Shown piece after piece: positions 1 through 10,993 of a stretch of DNA of 64,000 nt (position 1 is its first letter; each line of letters starts with the position of its first letter). The notes under the pieces are model-generated. The model made no database searches. It was not told the origin of the DNA and was given only the letters and a program-made list of their open reading frames with translations. The stretch comes from Minutocellus sp. GHC0000111 (Eukaryota), in the NCBI GenBank assembly GCA_977018835.1, contig OZ361256.1, positions 3,658,001 through 3,722,000 on the forward strand, read 5' to 3'. The position numbers and the translations under genes are program-made.

Positions 1-34
1 AATCCGTGCAGCCGGCATTTCCAATGTTAAAGAC

Positions 35-835
35 ATGACAAAGCAAACGCGTGGGTGGAAGCGATTTTATGACGGGTGGAAAATGGTACCAGACCCCTCG
101 ATCTATTGTAAGCCTCTCTATGAGCCAGATTGTAGCAGATTTGAACTAGTTTCACCTGTGCTTCGTGGCAGGAGTGGTCTAGGAGAGGTGGCCAAGATCG
201 CACATGGGCTTGGCAGCCTTCAGATCGAGGCTAATGAAAAAAATGGCTACCACCTTCACATCGATGTAAGCAACCTCACTTTGCCGCAACTTATCAAAGT
301 ATGCCAGAACTTTGTCAAATATGAAAGAATCATGGATCGCTTCTTCCCATCGTCCCGCCGCACAGGTAGCAAAGGGAGTGATCGCCACTTCAACAGCAAT
401 CGAACATCAGTTGCCGAGGACCGCCAGGGGGTTTCCAATCGCGAGATACAGGACATTCTTACTCGTTCTCAATCTGTTGCTGAACTTGCTGCTACCATGA
501 ATCGTGGTGACCGTTCGAGGCATTACAAACGCAATCTCGAGAATTTGGTCTCTGGTAGGCAACCAACGATTGAATTTCGGCAACATGTCGCGGTAACAAG
601 CTACCGTGATATATCGGCATGGATCTGCTTTTGCTCCAACTTTGTGTTTAATTCGGCAAGATTGAGACCGCCCTCTCCATTTGCTTCCTCAACTACCTTA
701 GACAAGCGGTCCGATGCATTGTTTGACTACGTTATCAAGGACGAGGAACTACGCACCTTTTACCTCTTGCGTATTGAGCAAGAGGCAGCTGTTGCAGATG
801 AGTGCGAAGCGGAGGATGAGACGCTCATTGCATGA
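35..835 (+). CDS. Putative amidoligase (Amidoligase_2 / COOH-NH2 ligase type); may begin upstream of the window
   Basis: Motifs FELVSPVL, GYHLHIDV, TIEFRQH typical of the family. This copy reads YKRNL where the duplicate reads YKLNL. Confidence 0.75.
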   Translation: MTKQTRGWKRFYDGWKMVPDPSIYCKPLYEPDCSRFELVSPVLRGRSGLGEVAKIAHGLGSLQIEANEKNGYHLHIDVSNLTLPQLIKVCQNFVKYERIMDRFFPSSRRTGSKGSDRHFNSNRTSVAEDRQGVSNREIQDILTRSQSVAELAATMNRGDRSRHYKRNLENLVSGRQPTIEFRQHVAVTSYRDISAWICFCSNFVFNSARLRPPSPFASSTTLDKRSDALFDYVIKDEELRTFYLLRIEQEAAVADECEAEDETLIA

Positions 836-2005
836 AGAAATCTGTTACAGTCAGGTTATTTTGGTTATGTACTAACATACACTAAACCATACTTAGGTCG
901 TACTGCTCTAGCACGACGATACGACGATGCGCGGCAACTATTTACGCCGAGTTGCTAGATTTTCATCTGCATGCATTTTTCCTTGCAGCGAGAATGCGTA
1001 CATGTATCGCAAGCAACCCTGTACCACAGGGCACCTCTCCTAATCCCTCCTTGATCACATACACATTATTCCTCAAGAAACGCGAGGAATTTCTCCAACT
1101 TGGATCGGCCAGACTTGGTGCACGAATCAAATGTCTCACTATGCTCACCAGTATCGAAGAACGACGTCTCGAGTTCCTCCGGCATCTTCTTTTGGTATGT
1201 TGCACAGCAGGCCGATCCCAGCCGTACAGGGCAAACATGCCTGCTGATCTCTCCTGGTCTCTTTTCGCTCACAAACAATTCTGTATATCCTCCATATCCG
1301 TGGCGGGAATACACATTGCCACAATTGAGGCACACCTCGTTGCTCCCGTGCATCCTATTGCACCCCACGCACCCCCTCTTGACCGGATCGGGCAGGTTGC
1401 TACCCGGAAAGGTCCGCTCGAGGTAGGCTCGGGCATCCTTCGCATCTTCAAGCCATGCTTCGATCTTGCCCAGACCGACCTGCACGGTTTCCAAATGCAG
1501 CCGGAATCGATTTAGAAAGTGCGGCAACGCGTCGTCGTGCAGCATCAACGCCGTCTCAAAGTAGGTCGGGTAGTCGGGAAACCCATCTTTCATGGGCACG
1601 GCAACGATGGACGCCAGCTCTTCCGGCACCATGGTTGGGATCCCTCTGATCGTTAGTTTCTCGTACGAAGCCGATACGTAGAACCTGGTCATGATCTTGG
1701 TCGTGGCCTGTTTGCCGGGCGCCGCCTCCAGGCATATGTATGGCACGGGCCGCGCGTCCACGAACCGATAAATCAATCGCGTGAAGAACTGTCTGCCATC
1801 CACGTCGACCGCGCGAGCAGTTCCGGTGGCACCCGTACACATTCTCTCGCGGCATCGTTGCCATATCTCCTCGTTGGTCGTGAGCAGGGCCCGGACCAGC
1901 CGCAGACTCAGGGCCAGGTCGTGACTTTCGGCCCCGGCGGCACCCGCATCCGCCGCCGCACCCTCGCTCGCATCTGCAAGGGCGGTTGCCGCCGCCTGCG
2001 CCGCG
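160..2005. repeat. Copy A of a 1846-bp direct duplication (copy B 14551-16396)
   Basis: Near-identical sequence at constant offset 14391, from gcttcgtggcagg to gcctgcgccgcg, with only scattered substitutions. Confidence 0.95.
1066..2005 (-). pseudogene. 5'-truncated copy of a Cys/His-rich hypothetical protein
   Basis: Near-identical to the 15457 gene but cut at 2005, where the sequence switches to U-box gene sequence. Confidence 0.7.
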
Positions 2006-2183
2006 GTAGGCGCACTGCCACCAACAGCGGCAGCGGCGACGGTGCCGGTGCTGCATCGAAGGGTGCGGCCAAGAAGAAGCAGTCAGCCAAGAAGAAACGA
2101 TCAGCTGACAATTTTGAGGAGGACTCCAAGATACTCAAGAAGGCCAAGCCCTCGGTCTGCAAGGCGGCCGAGGAGTTGGTTTG

Positions 2184-4212
2184 CAAACCCTGGAAAAATA
2201 TAATTTTTATTTATTGATGAGATTTTGAATGTGTAGATAATCAATTGAAATACATAGATAGCGCATCTAAACACAATTACTCGTTATAGTTTTATTCTTG
2301 GCTACAATTAATTGCCAGAACAATTGCAATTAATTGTTCAATTATTGTTCTGGTTGTCCTCGGCCGGAGGTGCAGTAGCAATCAATCCAAGGGCAGTTGC
2401 AAGCGCCTCGTTATCCTCCTCTTCTGCAATCCTTTTAGCAGCCCGAGACTCTTTGTTTGCAGCCTTGCGGCGACGATTGGCCTCGACGACATCTTTGATG
2501 TCCCACAAGTCATGGTTCTCCTTGAGAAAGAGAATCATCTCAAGAGTTCTGGGGGACATTCCCTGGCGACGCTTCCTGAGGATCTCATCAGCCTTGCTCC
2601 ACAGAGACTCGCAAGTTGCAGCAGTGCTGCCAAGAATAAAGCCGCAATCAATGTAGTCTGATACATTTGCGACCTCCTTGGCCTTCCGCTTCTTCTCATG
2701 CTCAACGGTGGCCAGGAAATCTTCTTCATCAAAGTCATCGTCATCATCAGAGTCTTCAGGCGAAAGCAGGAGGCTGCGGCAGGCATCCTTCTCCTGGCAA
2801 CAGCGGTGGCAGCGACGGTATCGGTGACAGTCTTCAGCTCCGCAGTATCCTCTATCATCTTGTTGGCCTCCAGGGATAGGTCATGGTTCTTGCAAGAAAT
2901 ATGCGGAAAGTTCATAGCACGGGCGATGGCGGGATTGAGGGCGGTACTGTCTGCTACCTGGCAAACAATGAAGGTAGAGTCGTCGCCATCTTCGGAAATG
3001 TCCTTGTTGTAGAACTTGAATGTGTCCTCGAAGTACTGGCGATGATGTTTTGCATCAAAGGATGTGGCGAGGTCGTCGTCACCATCGTCACCGTCGCTCT
3101 CACCATCACTGTCACTGCCGTTGTCGTTGACGGTCTTGAGCGGTGCGCATGCGAGGAGGCGGCACTCATTGCGGACGCTCTTCGCCTCCCCCCCTTCGAA
3201 AATGGTAGTGATGGGCACGCCGAAAGAACAGTAGAGGCAGACGTAGTGGGTGCCGTTGTTGGTGTGTCCGTCGTATGAGATCTGGCACGCAGGGGCCTGA
3301 TTCAACATACGAGCGATTTTCTCCTCCACCACTTCGACGAGATAGTGGGCGGTATCGACGACGGTCTTCGTTGACTTGACCTCCACGTACTTCATGTGGG
3401 AGCGAGATATTTTGCACTCGATGTCGCTGAGGGCACCGTTCTTGAAGACGATGTGCTGTATCCACATGTTGAGTGAGCGGTGAACATTTGTGATGACGTT
3501 CAGGCGCTGTTGTTTCTTGGCAGCAGCGGCGGCTTCGGCGGAAATGAGGCCATCGGCAACGGCGGTCTCAGTCTCCTGACGATCCTTCCAGCGCTCGGCG
3601 AGGAGTTTGTGCTGCTGATCCTTGACGCAGGACCGCCAATGGGAGAGGTGGTTGGTGTATCCAGCCGAGAGGGGCGTTGTCTTATCCCACGTTTGGCAGT
3701 CGAGGCATTTGACATGCACGCCCATTTTTTCTTTTTCGCCGATGCCGGTAGGGATTGGCGCAGGCTCACATAACATGACGGTATGGACGATTTCCTTTGT
3801 GCCAGTTGGAACGGGTGGAACGGCGTCGCCGCCTCCTCCAACAAACGACATGGCGTCGGCGTTTCAAGTGCGAGATATGTGAGGGTAAAGGCAAACGCCC
3901 CCCACATGCCAGCAGCAGCGCGCGGGGGGTGGCATTGCCAGCCCGGGCCACCACCTCACATTCGCCGAAGCCAAGTCAGCGAGATATGCGTGCATGAAAT
4001 CAAATCGATACGCACGTGCTTCGACCGAGGGAGAAAAAGTGGAATGAGGGGAAAATCAATGTTTCCGCTAGGTCATCGTGACGCAATCCACGGGAAGGTG
4101 ACTCGGACCAACCTCAATCAATGACTGGTGCTCCCAACTAAGCCACAATTTATTGAACAATTGCAATTAATTGCAATTAATTTTAATTGAAATTATTGTT
4201 TTCAGGCGTTTG
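2184..4212 (-). mobile_element. hAT-family DNA transposon, internally deleted, 8-bp TSD TTGGTTTG
   Basis: TSD ttggtttg at 2176-2183 and 4213-4220. Imperfect TIRs caaaccctggaaaaatataatt and rc caaacgcctgaaaacaataatt (17/22). Subterminal caattaattg/ttgcaattaa repeats at both ends. The empty site is visible in the paralog. Confidence 0.93.
2338..3851 (-). pseudogene. hAT transposase (BED-like finger, catalytic D, CxxH, C-terminal dimerization domain), deleted and frameshifted near 2790
   Basis: CLDC...NHLSHWRSC, ISYDGHT, VADSTALN, SCKNH. The C-terminal ESLWS...MSPRTLEMILFLKENHDLW segment is in another frame and much of the helical insertion domain appears absent. Confidence 0.85.
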
Positions 4213-5723
4213 TTGGTTTGTCCCATCTTCCAGGGCCTGCCGATTGATCCGGTCATCGCCGAGGATGTGAGTGCACTGTTCTTTTCGACTGCAATTCTGA
4301 TTTCATCGCATTTCTTTCTATTCGCTTATTGTTTAGTGTCGATGGCGCATTGTCTCACACCTGTACCGTGCGACAAATCGCAGGGCCAAATTTACGAGAG
4401 AAAGGAGATCGAGAAGTACCTGAAGGAGAAGGAAGATGAAGACGAGATCTTATCCCCAGTGACCAAGAAGCCAATCGAGACCAAGATTCTCATTCCGTCG
4501 GTCCATATTCGAAATAACATCGAGCATTTGGTCGAGAGCGGCATCATTGCGGGCGAGATGGCCGATACGTGGAAGGAAAGGATTGCCGAGAAGAGGGAGT
4601 CGGAAGAGACGGTCAGAGGATGGAAGGAAGGTGCCGAAAAGGGAGACACTGACGCGATGTACTCACTTGCTGTGTCGCTTCAATATGGTGATCATGATCT
4701 CGAGGTAAATGAGGAAGAGGCCTACAAGTGGTACAAGAAGGGATCCGACGCTGGGAACGTGTCTTGCATGGCTATGGCGGGAGAGTGTCTCTTGAATGCA
4801 TGTGGAACTGCGGTCAATTTATCGGAAGGTTTTGTTCTCATTTCTCTGGCCGCGGAGAAGGGATCCGATCATGCCTGCCAGTCGCTTGGCGAATGTTACT
4901 ACAAAGGACTGCCGTATCGGGAAAGACAGTGTGAAGGCAAAGTTCTGGCTGGAAAAGGCCGTGGGCGACGGAGATGAGAGCTGCAAATATTTCAACCTCA
5001 ATACCGAAACTATTAATAAGGTCAAAGGATGGCTTCAAGAGATTGGGAATGAAAAAAACGGAGAAGCAGACACCGCCTCCGAGACTGAGTCCAATGAAGG
5101 AAGCGAAGCCGACGATGAGGAATATCAGGGGCTACGATTTGACCGATACCTATTAGAAATGTTCATGGCAGTGAAGGCGCCTTGTCCAAAGGCGTCATAG
5201 CTTGCCTTGGCTTGGAGCAATCGATGAGTTTTAGGTTTGAAATGCATTTCAAATTATTGCACTCATTCTCATAAACAGAAACAAGTCAAGTTATACGATG
5301 ATGATGCAGTACGCCCCCCCCTCCCGAAACGGAACGGTCGTTCGCGGCAAAGGTGGGACGAGATCGGCTGTACGCGTACGCGTTGGAGAACACCCGCCCA
5401 ATCCTTGCTCGGAGCACCTCGTTGCATTCATCCTCTTCCTCGTTCTTTTCTGGATTGCCGAATGGTTTTTTGGATGCTAGCGAGCTAAATGTACCCTTTT
5501 GGCTGGAGCCCAAGTTGCTGTTCTAGCCCTGGACGAGGCTTCGCTGAAGAACTCTATCTAGCTAGCTTGTGCGAGACACGAGGGATAAGAGTAGTTTTGA
5601 TTGAGTTTGTCGTCGTATTGTTTCTTTCAAGTAGCTCTACATGTACCGCATGTATGAACTGTCGCATCTATCTACGTAGTAGTAGTAGATTCTATCGATA
5701 GCAAAATATGCCGAAAATTCTTG

Positions 5724-7495
5724 TTACAGCTCGGGGCCGATTGAAATAGCTCCAAGACTTTCAAGCCAGTCGGCAAGCTGAGAGTGACCCTCCTCTTGAG
5801 CCCAGTAGAGCGGCGTGCCACCATCCCCAAAATTTGTTCTAGCATTGATGTTGGCTCCATGGGACAACAGCAACTCAACAGCCTCGCGATGACCTCCTCG
5901 TGAAGCTTCATGGATCGGTTCCCAGCCATTCGAGTCCTTGGCAAGAGCCAATGACTTGTCACCTTGGAGGGCGTCCTTCAAGGTCTCCACATCACCGCCC
6001 TGCGCAGCACGGTGGGCAATACTGGTAGATCCCGTTGCAAACGAATTCAGCTTGCTTCTCCTACCGTTTTCGTGCTCCCTGCGCCATTTCTTTTCTTCGG
6101 GACTGCCCACCTGTATGTAGCCCGGCATACCATCATGGTCGGCCTCATGGCCACCGGCTCCTCTCTCTACTGCTCGGCGGTACTTTTCGGCTACGTCCCC
6201 ACCACTTTCCACCCGAGCTTCGTGTCGTAAACTGTGGCCTATTCGAAATTCGGACGAATGTGTGTATTCAAATGAGAATGGAATGGGTGGAACTACGAGG
6301 GTAAGAAATGGGCAACAACAAGGCAAAAATGGTGCGTCGTCCAAAGAAATCGAGTTACAAAAACCACCAGAGCCACCAGATTTCATCATCCACAAGCAAA
6401 CGCTTTCATCCACAAACGATTTGTATTCCTCACCTGTCGGTTCAAAGTGAATGAAGATGTTACTGTAATACCGTCCCTTCAAGGGAAATGGTCGTCCATG
6501 AACCACGGAGTGACTCTCGTACAATACCATGTCACCGGGCTGTCGATAGCGTGAGTTTAGAATAGAAAATTCGAATGAGAACGGAAATGCGAAATAGACA
6601 CCAACCAACCAACCAAGTACTGTAAAGGTTAGAGTGATCGTATCAGTAAAGCTCTCACCTCCATGGTAACGTTCGTTGCCTTCCCATCATGCCCATATAC
6701 CTCAATTGGCCAAGGTTCATCGACGTCCTGAGCCACGTTGATGATTGCACTCGACACAAGAGGCAACCGATCCACATGGCTAGCAAGGATGGCACCCTCT
6801 TTGTAGACTCGAATGCCATACAAGCTGCATTCTGTAAGTTCCTCTCCAGTCCACTCCTGGATGGTGTCTCGTGCTGCGTCCCATATTGCTTTTTTCAACT
6901 GGTAACCACCACCACGAAGCGACTTATCCTCGACGCTGACCATGTAGGTTGGAGCAACCCAGTGATTCGTGTAGGTATTTCCGACGGGCCACCGCTCTTC
7001 TGACTGTTGGTTCTGATTTTTCTCCCAAAACTCCTTGATTAGCTTGAAGACTGCCGCCGGTGCTTTGATTTTCTCGAATCCAACGTCGGTATAGTTCTGC
7101 ATGCTCTGAGGCTGTCGGAGACTCATGGCTATGCGATCCTGCTCGGTTTGGGTGCATGCCCTTCCCTTCTTGCCATAGTGGTCCTTGCATCCCTGTAAGA
7201 ATGTGTCATACGCTGCCTGCCTGTCACCAAGCGGCTGGAGGGGCATGTCCTGGTACTTCTTGGGCGTTGGATTATTGGCTGGGTCGACATTGTGAGGCAA
7301 CCAGGGATAATTGGTGCTGATTTCCCACTTATGAATGGGAAAGCTCACATCGACACCATATTCCTCTTCTTTCGCCAGACCTGAAGGTAGTGAACATCCC
7401 AGCAGGAGAAACGTGCCTAAAGCGACAAGGTGTTTGGACCAAACTGTCGCCTTGGTCGTTCCAGCAGCCGTAGAATAATCTCTCCGACGAACCAT
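5724..7495 (-). CDS. Signal-peptide 2OG-Fe(II) oxygenase-like protein with C-terminal ankyrin repeats; introns 6540-6658 and 6239-6433
   Basis: Hydrophobic N-terminus; YGIRVY..SHVD..WPIEV..EPGDMVLYESH..HGRP; ankyrin GWEPIHEASRGGH and GTPLYWA. GT-AG introns join the frames. Confidence 0.8.
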
Positions 7496-8085
7496 CGTGC
7501 TGAATTTGCAGAGTATTCGATCCGTGAATCGCGGAATGAATCTCGTTCAGCAGAAGAGCCTTCTATTATTTTCAATGGCAACAAATCAAGGAGTAAAACC
7601 GCCGATATTGCGCACTTTCAATCGATAGCGATAATATGTACCACCACGTAGCTAGGTAAAGGATCACCGCACCGTGCCAATGCCAACTACCAACCACAGA
7701 CTGCCGAGAGGAAACAAATGAAAAATAAGTGTCAGTCGTCCGATCGTGGAATTTGCGGGCCGCTCGATGGAATATTGAGCTCGGCGCAATTATGCGATGC
7801 CAAGCCGTTGCAATAGAATTCCTTCTAGTAGATAGCGAAGAAAGCCAAGCAATGAACTCCGAGAGGCGCAGGTGCGTGCTGCAGCAGGAGCAAGCGCTAG
7901 CTAGCGGCCGAATGAGGCAGTGATGATTGTGCTGGCGAGGTTGCGTTGGACGTTAGGTTGGTCACCAATGCAGCAATAAGGGGGAATTCGCCGAGACATT
8001 TTTAGTTCGGGTCTACCCCCTAAAAGTTTCGACCACGGACAGACGCCAACCCCCCAATTTTCGTGTATTCTGATCAGTCATGACA

Positions 8086-8115
8086 TACCTAGGCCTAGGT
8101 ACCTAGGCCTAGGTA
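8086..8115. repeat. Perfect 30-bp palindrome TACCTAGGCCTAGGTACCTAGGCCTAGGTA
   Basis: The sequence equals its own reverse complement. Confidence 0.9.
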
Positions 8116-8313
8116 CTATCTTGGGTCATGGGTACCGTTTCGCTTGCTTCGCCCGCGTTGACGGCCGGCTGATTAATCAGCTGTTTTTTTTCAGAAATCA
8201 GCTGATTTCGGCTTTCTGGCCAGGTAGTATGCTTTTTTTCTGCATGGTGGTGGGCGTACAAGCTAGTAGAATTCCTATCCCTTCGCAGAAATCGCAGAAG
8301 GGAACCAGCAACC

Positions 8314-9353
8314 ATGACGAAGCTCCGGAGCGGCAGGCGCACTGCCACCAGCGGCGGCGACGGTGCCGGTGCTGCATCTAAGGTTGCGGCCAAGAAGAAG
8401 CAGCCGGCCAAGAAGAAGCGATCGGCGGCCGAGGAGCACGAAGAAGACGCTAAGAAATTCAAGAAGGCCAAGCCTTCGGTTTGCAAGGCGGCCGAGGAGT
8501 TGGTTTGTCCCATCTTGCAGGGCCTGCCAATTGACCCGGTGATCGCGGAGGATGTAAGTGCACTTGCTTTTGATATGATGGCAACGCAGCTGTCGGAAAG
8601 ATGTGTCAATCTTTAGTTCACCCAATATCTCACAATAGACATGTGTGTATATACGTCTGCTTTGTGCGATTGCAGGGCCAGATCTACGAGCGAAAGGAGA
8701 TCGAGAAGTACCTGGAGGAGAAGGAAGAGGAAGACGAGATCTTGTCCCCAGTAACCAAGAAGCCGTTTGAGACCCAGGCCCTTGTTCCCTCGGTGCATGT
8801 TCGCAACACCATCGAGCATCTCATCGAGAGCGGCATCATTGAGGGTGAGATGGCCGATACGTGGAAGGAAAGGATGGCGGAGAAGAGGGAGTCGGATTCG
8901 AAGGTCAAAAGATGGAAGGAACGCGCCGAGAAAGGAGAAACAGACGCAATGTACCTACTTGCTTTGTCTCATCATCACGGTGACTATGGTCTCAAGACGA
9001 ATGAGGAAGAGGCCTACAAGTGGTACAAGAAGGGATCCGACGCTGGTAACGTGTATTGCATGGCAGCAGCGGGCGAATGTCTTATATACGGAATCGGCAC
9101 AGCGGCGAATGTGTCGGAAGGTTTAGTTCTCACTACTCTGGCCGCGGAGAGAGGATCCACTTTTGCCTGCTTTACACTCGGTGAATGCTACTACCATGGA
9201 CTTAGCGGCATCAGGAACGATATCGAGAAGGCAAAGTTCTGGCTGGAAAAGGCCGTGGCAAAAGATTGCAAGTATGACCATCTGGCCGGTGAATGTGTAC
9301 GAAAAGCACGAAGATGGCTTGCCAAGTGCAATGGCAGTGTCCTTGAGACTTAG
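8314..9353 (+). CDS. U-box + Sel1-like repeat protein (putative E3 ligase); intron 8554-8675
   Basis: ELVCPILQGLPIDPVIAED/GQIYERKEIEKYL..SPVT U-box; Sel1 repeats AYKWYKKG and AKFWLEKA; canonical splice sites. Confidence 0.88.
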
Positions 9354-9506
9354 GACCGGGGATCCGGATGGTGGCACAGTAAAAAGCAACACGGGCATGG
9401 AAAATTTGCAGCTACTATTTAGGGATCAAAGGCAGAATGGTGCAGGGTTGCACGATGCATTCTTGGAATCTAAATGTAACATCGTTCAACTACACAATCA
9501 CTTCTA

Positions 9507-10838
9507 CTATATCTTGGGTATACTGGCCAGAGCCTCCATCTCCAATCGTTCGTCTTCCGTCTGCTGCTGTCTGTCAGCCAACCCCACCTGCCTCCTCCAC
9601 CCCTCCCTCATCTCCTTCATCTTATCATAGTACCTCTGCCGGCACCTCCCCTCCCTCGCTGGGTTGTACGTCAAAAACACCGCCCGTCGCGCAAACTGGC
9701 TGGCATTCACGGCACTTCTGTGCGGCACCCACCCCCCAAAGGCCGCGATGGTCCCCCCCTTGACCACTATATCTTCAAATTCTAAGGAAGAAGCCACCCC
9801 GTCGGGGATGGCACCGGCCCTCCCATCGCCGTCGGGGTTGCCATCAGCTTTTGGTAATACGACCTCGACGTGATTTTGTTCGCTATATGGCCCCTTGACC
9901 ACCCGCAGACATCCGTTCCGCACGGTCATGTCGTCGATGGCCACCATGACGGTGACGAATTCCTGCGGCCCGTCGTCCCCCAAGGCAATGCGCAACGACG
10001 GGCTGTCGAGGTGGGGGGCAAATCCGCTGCCGCCGGGGGGTTTGACGTTGAGCTTCTCTTTGTAGAGGGCCATGGGCTCACCGCACAGGGCGGAGATGAG
10101 GTTGGTGAGGTAATCGAGGCACAGCTCGGACCAGCCGTCGTGGTGCGGGACGAAGTTCTCGAGGCGGGTGAGGACCCGACGCTCCTCGATCTCGTACTGC
10201 TCTTGCTTCTCTTGGTCGTCGTCGTCTTCCTGTTGTTCCTGTTGCCCCGTTTTGTCTTTCTCTTTGCCACCAACCCTCTGCATCTCGGCGCCATCTGTGT
10301 TGCCATCACCATACCCATCATCGCCACCACCCTTGTTCGTCCGTCGCCTCCTTTTCTTGACCACCCGTATCGTCTCGTACGATCGGTCGCACTCCAACCC
10401 CCTGCGACACGTTCCACTCCCCCCGCACATGGGCACGCTGCTGGCGCTGCTGCCCCAGATCAACTCGTCGGTCATGCGCCGCATGGTCGCGGCGGGGATG
10501 GACAGCTCACCCGGAAAGATGACCACCTGATCGTGCTGGTAGATGGTGGGCAGGTCGAGTTCGGATAGAATGGTGGCGAGGGTGGTGGGGGCGGGGGCCG
10601 GGATGTTCCGGGGGGAGAGGGGGACGCGTGGGGGTGGTAGCGTGTTGTTGCAATTGGCGCTCGCAGTTGCAGTTGTGCCGTCTGCAAACGTGGATGGATT
10701 GTCGTCGTCGTCGTCGTCTTCGTCGGCCATGCAGCCCAGGGAGGTCAGCCCCAGCACCTCGAGGAGGGCCTCGTCCTCGCTGTTCGTTGTTGACGCGCTC
10801 GCGGCGTCTGCGTCTTCGTCGTGTTCGTCTCTGCTCAT
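9507..10838 (-). CDS. Phytanoyl-CoA dioxygenase (PhyH) family 2OG-Fe(II) enzyme
   Basis: YKEKLNVKPPGGSGFAPHLD (HxD), VAIDDMTVRNGCL, PHRS..N..RRAVFLTYN. Start assumed at MSRDEH. Confidence 0.85.
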   Translation of the reverse strand: MSRDEHDEDADAASASTTNSEDEALLEVLGLTSLGCMADEDDDDDDNPSTFADGTTATASANCNNTLPPPRVPLSPRNIPAPAPTTLATILSELDLPTIYQHDQVVIFPGELSIPAATMRRMTDELIWGSSASSVPMCGGSGTCRRGLECDRSYETIRVVKKRRRRTNKGGGDDGYGDGNTDGAEMQRVGGKEKDKTGQQEQQEDDDDQEKQEQYEIEERRVLTRLENFVPHHDGWSELCLDYLTNLISALCGEPMALYKEKLNVKPPGGSGFAPHLDSPSLRIALGDDGPQEFVTVMVAIDDMTVRNGCLRVVKGPYSEQNHVEVVLPKADGNPDGDGRAGAIPDGVASSLEFEDIVVKGGTIAAFGGWVPHRSAVNASQFARRAVFLTYNPAREGRCRQRYYDKMKEMREGWRRQVGLADRQQQTEDERLEMEALASIPKI

Positions 10839-10993
10839 GGGTTTGCTTGCTCCGTTGCGCTTGCTTCTGGTTGGGGCGGTTGGAGCACAGTCTCCGTGGT
10901 TGGAGGCAGCGCAGAGAGGGCGCAGCCAAGGAAAATGGACGGCCGAGAATGCTGAGGCCGGAAGCAGCACAACATGAAAAGAAACCCGGAGGT

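Larger units (their letters stand above)
2006..5200 (+). pseudogene. U-box + Sel1-repeat gene: 5'-truncated, split by hAT insertion, frameshifted near 4910; intron 4267-4383
   Basis: AAEELV|CPIFQGLPIDPVIAED-GQIYERKEIEKYL matches the intact paralog at 8314. Sel1-like segments AYKWYKKGSDAG and AKFWLEKA lie in different frames. Confidence 0.85.
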
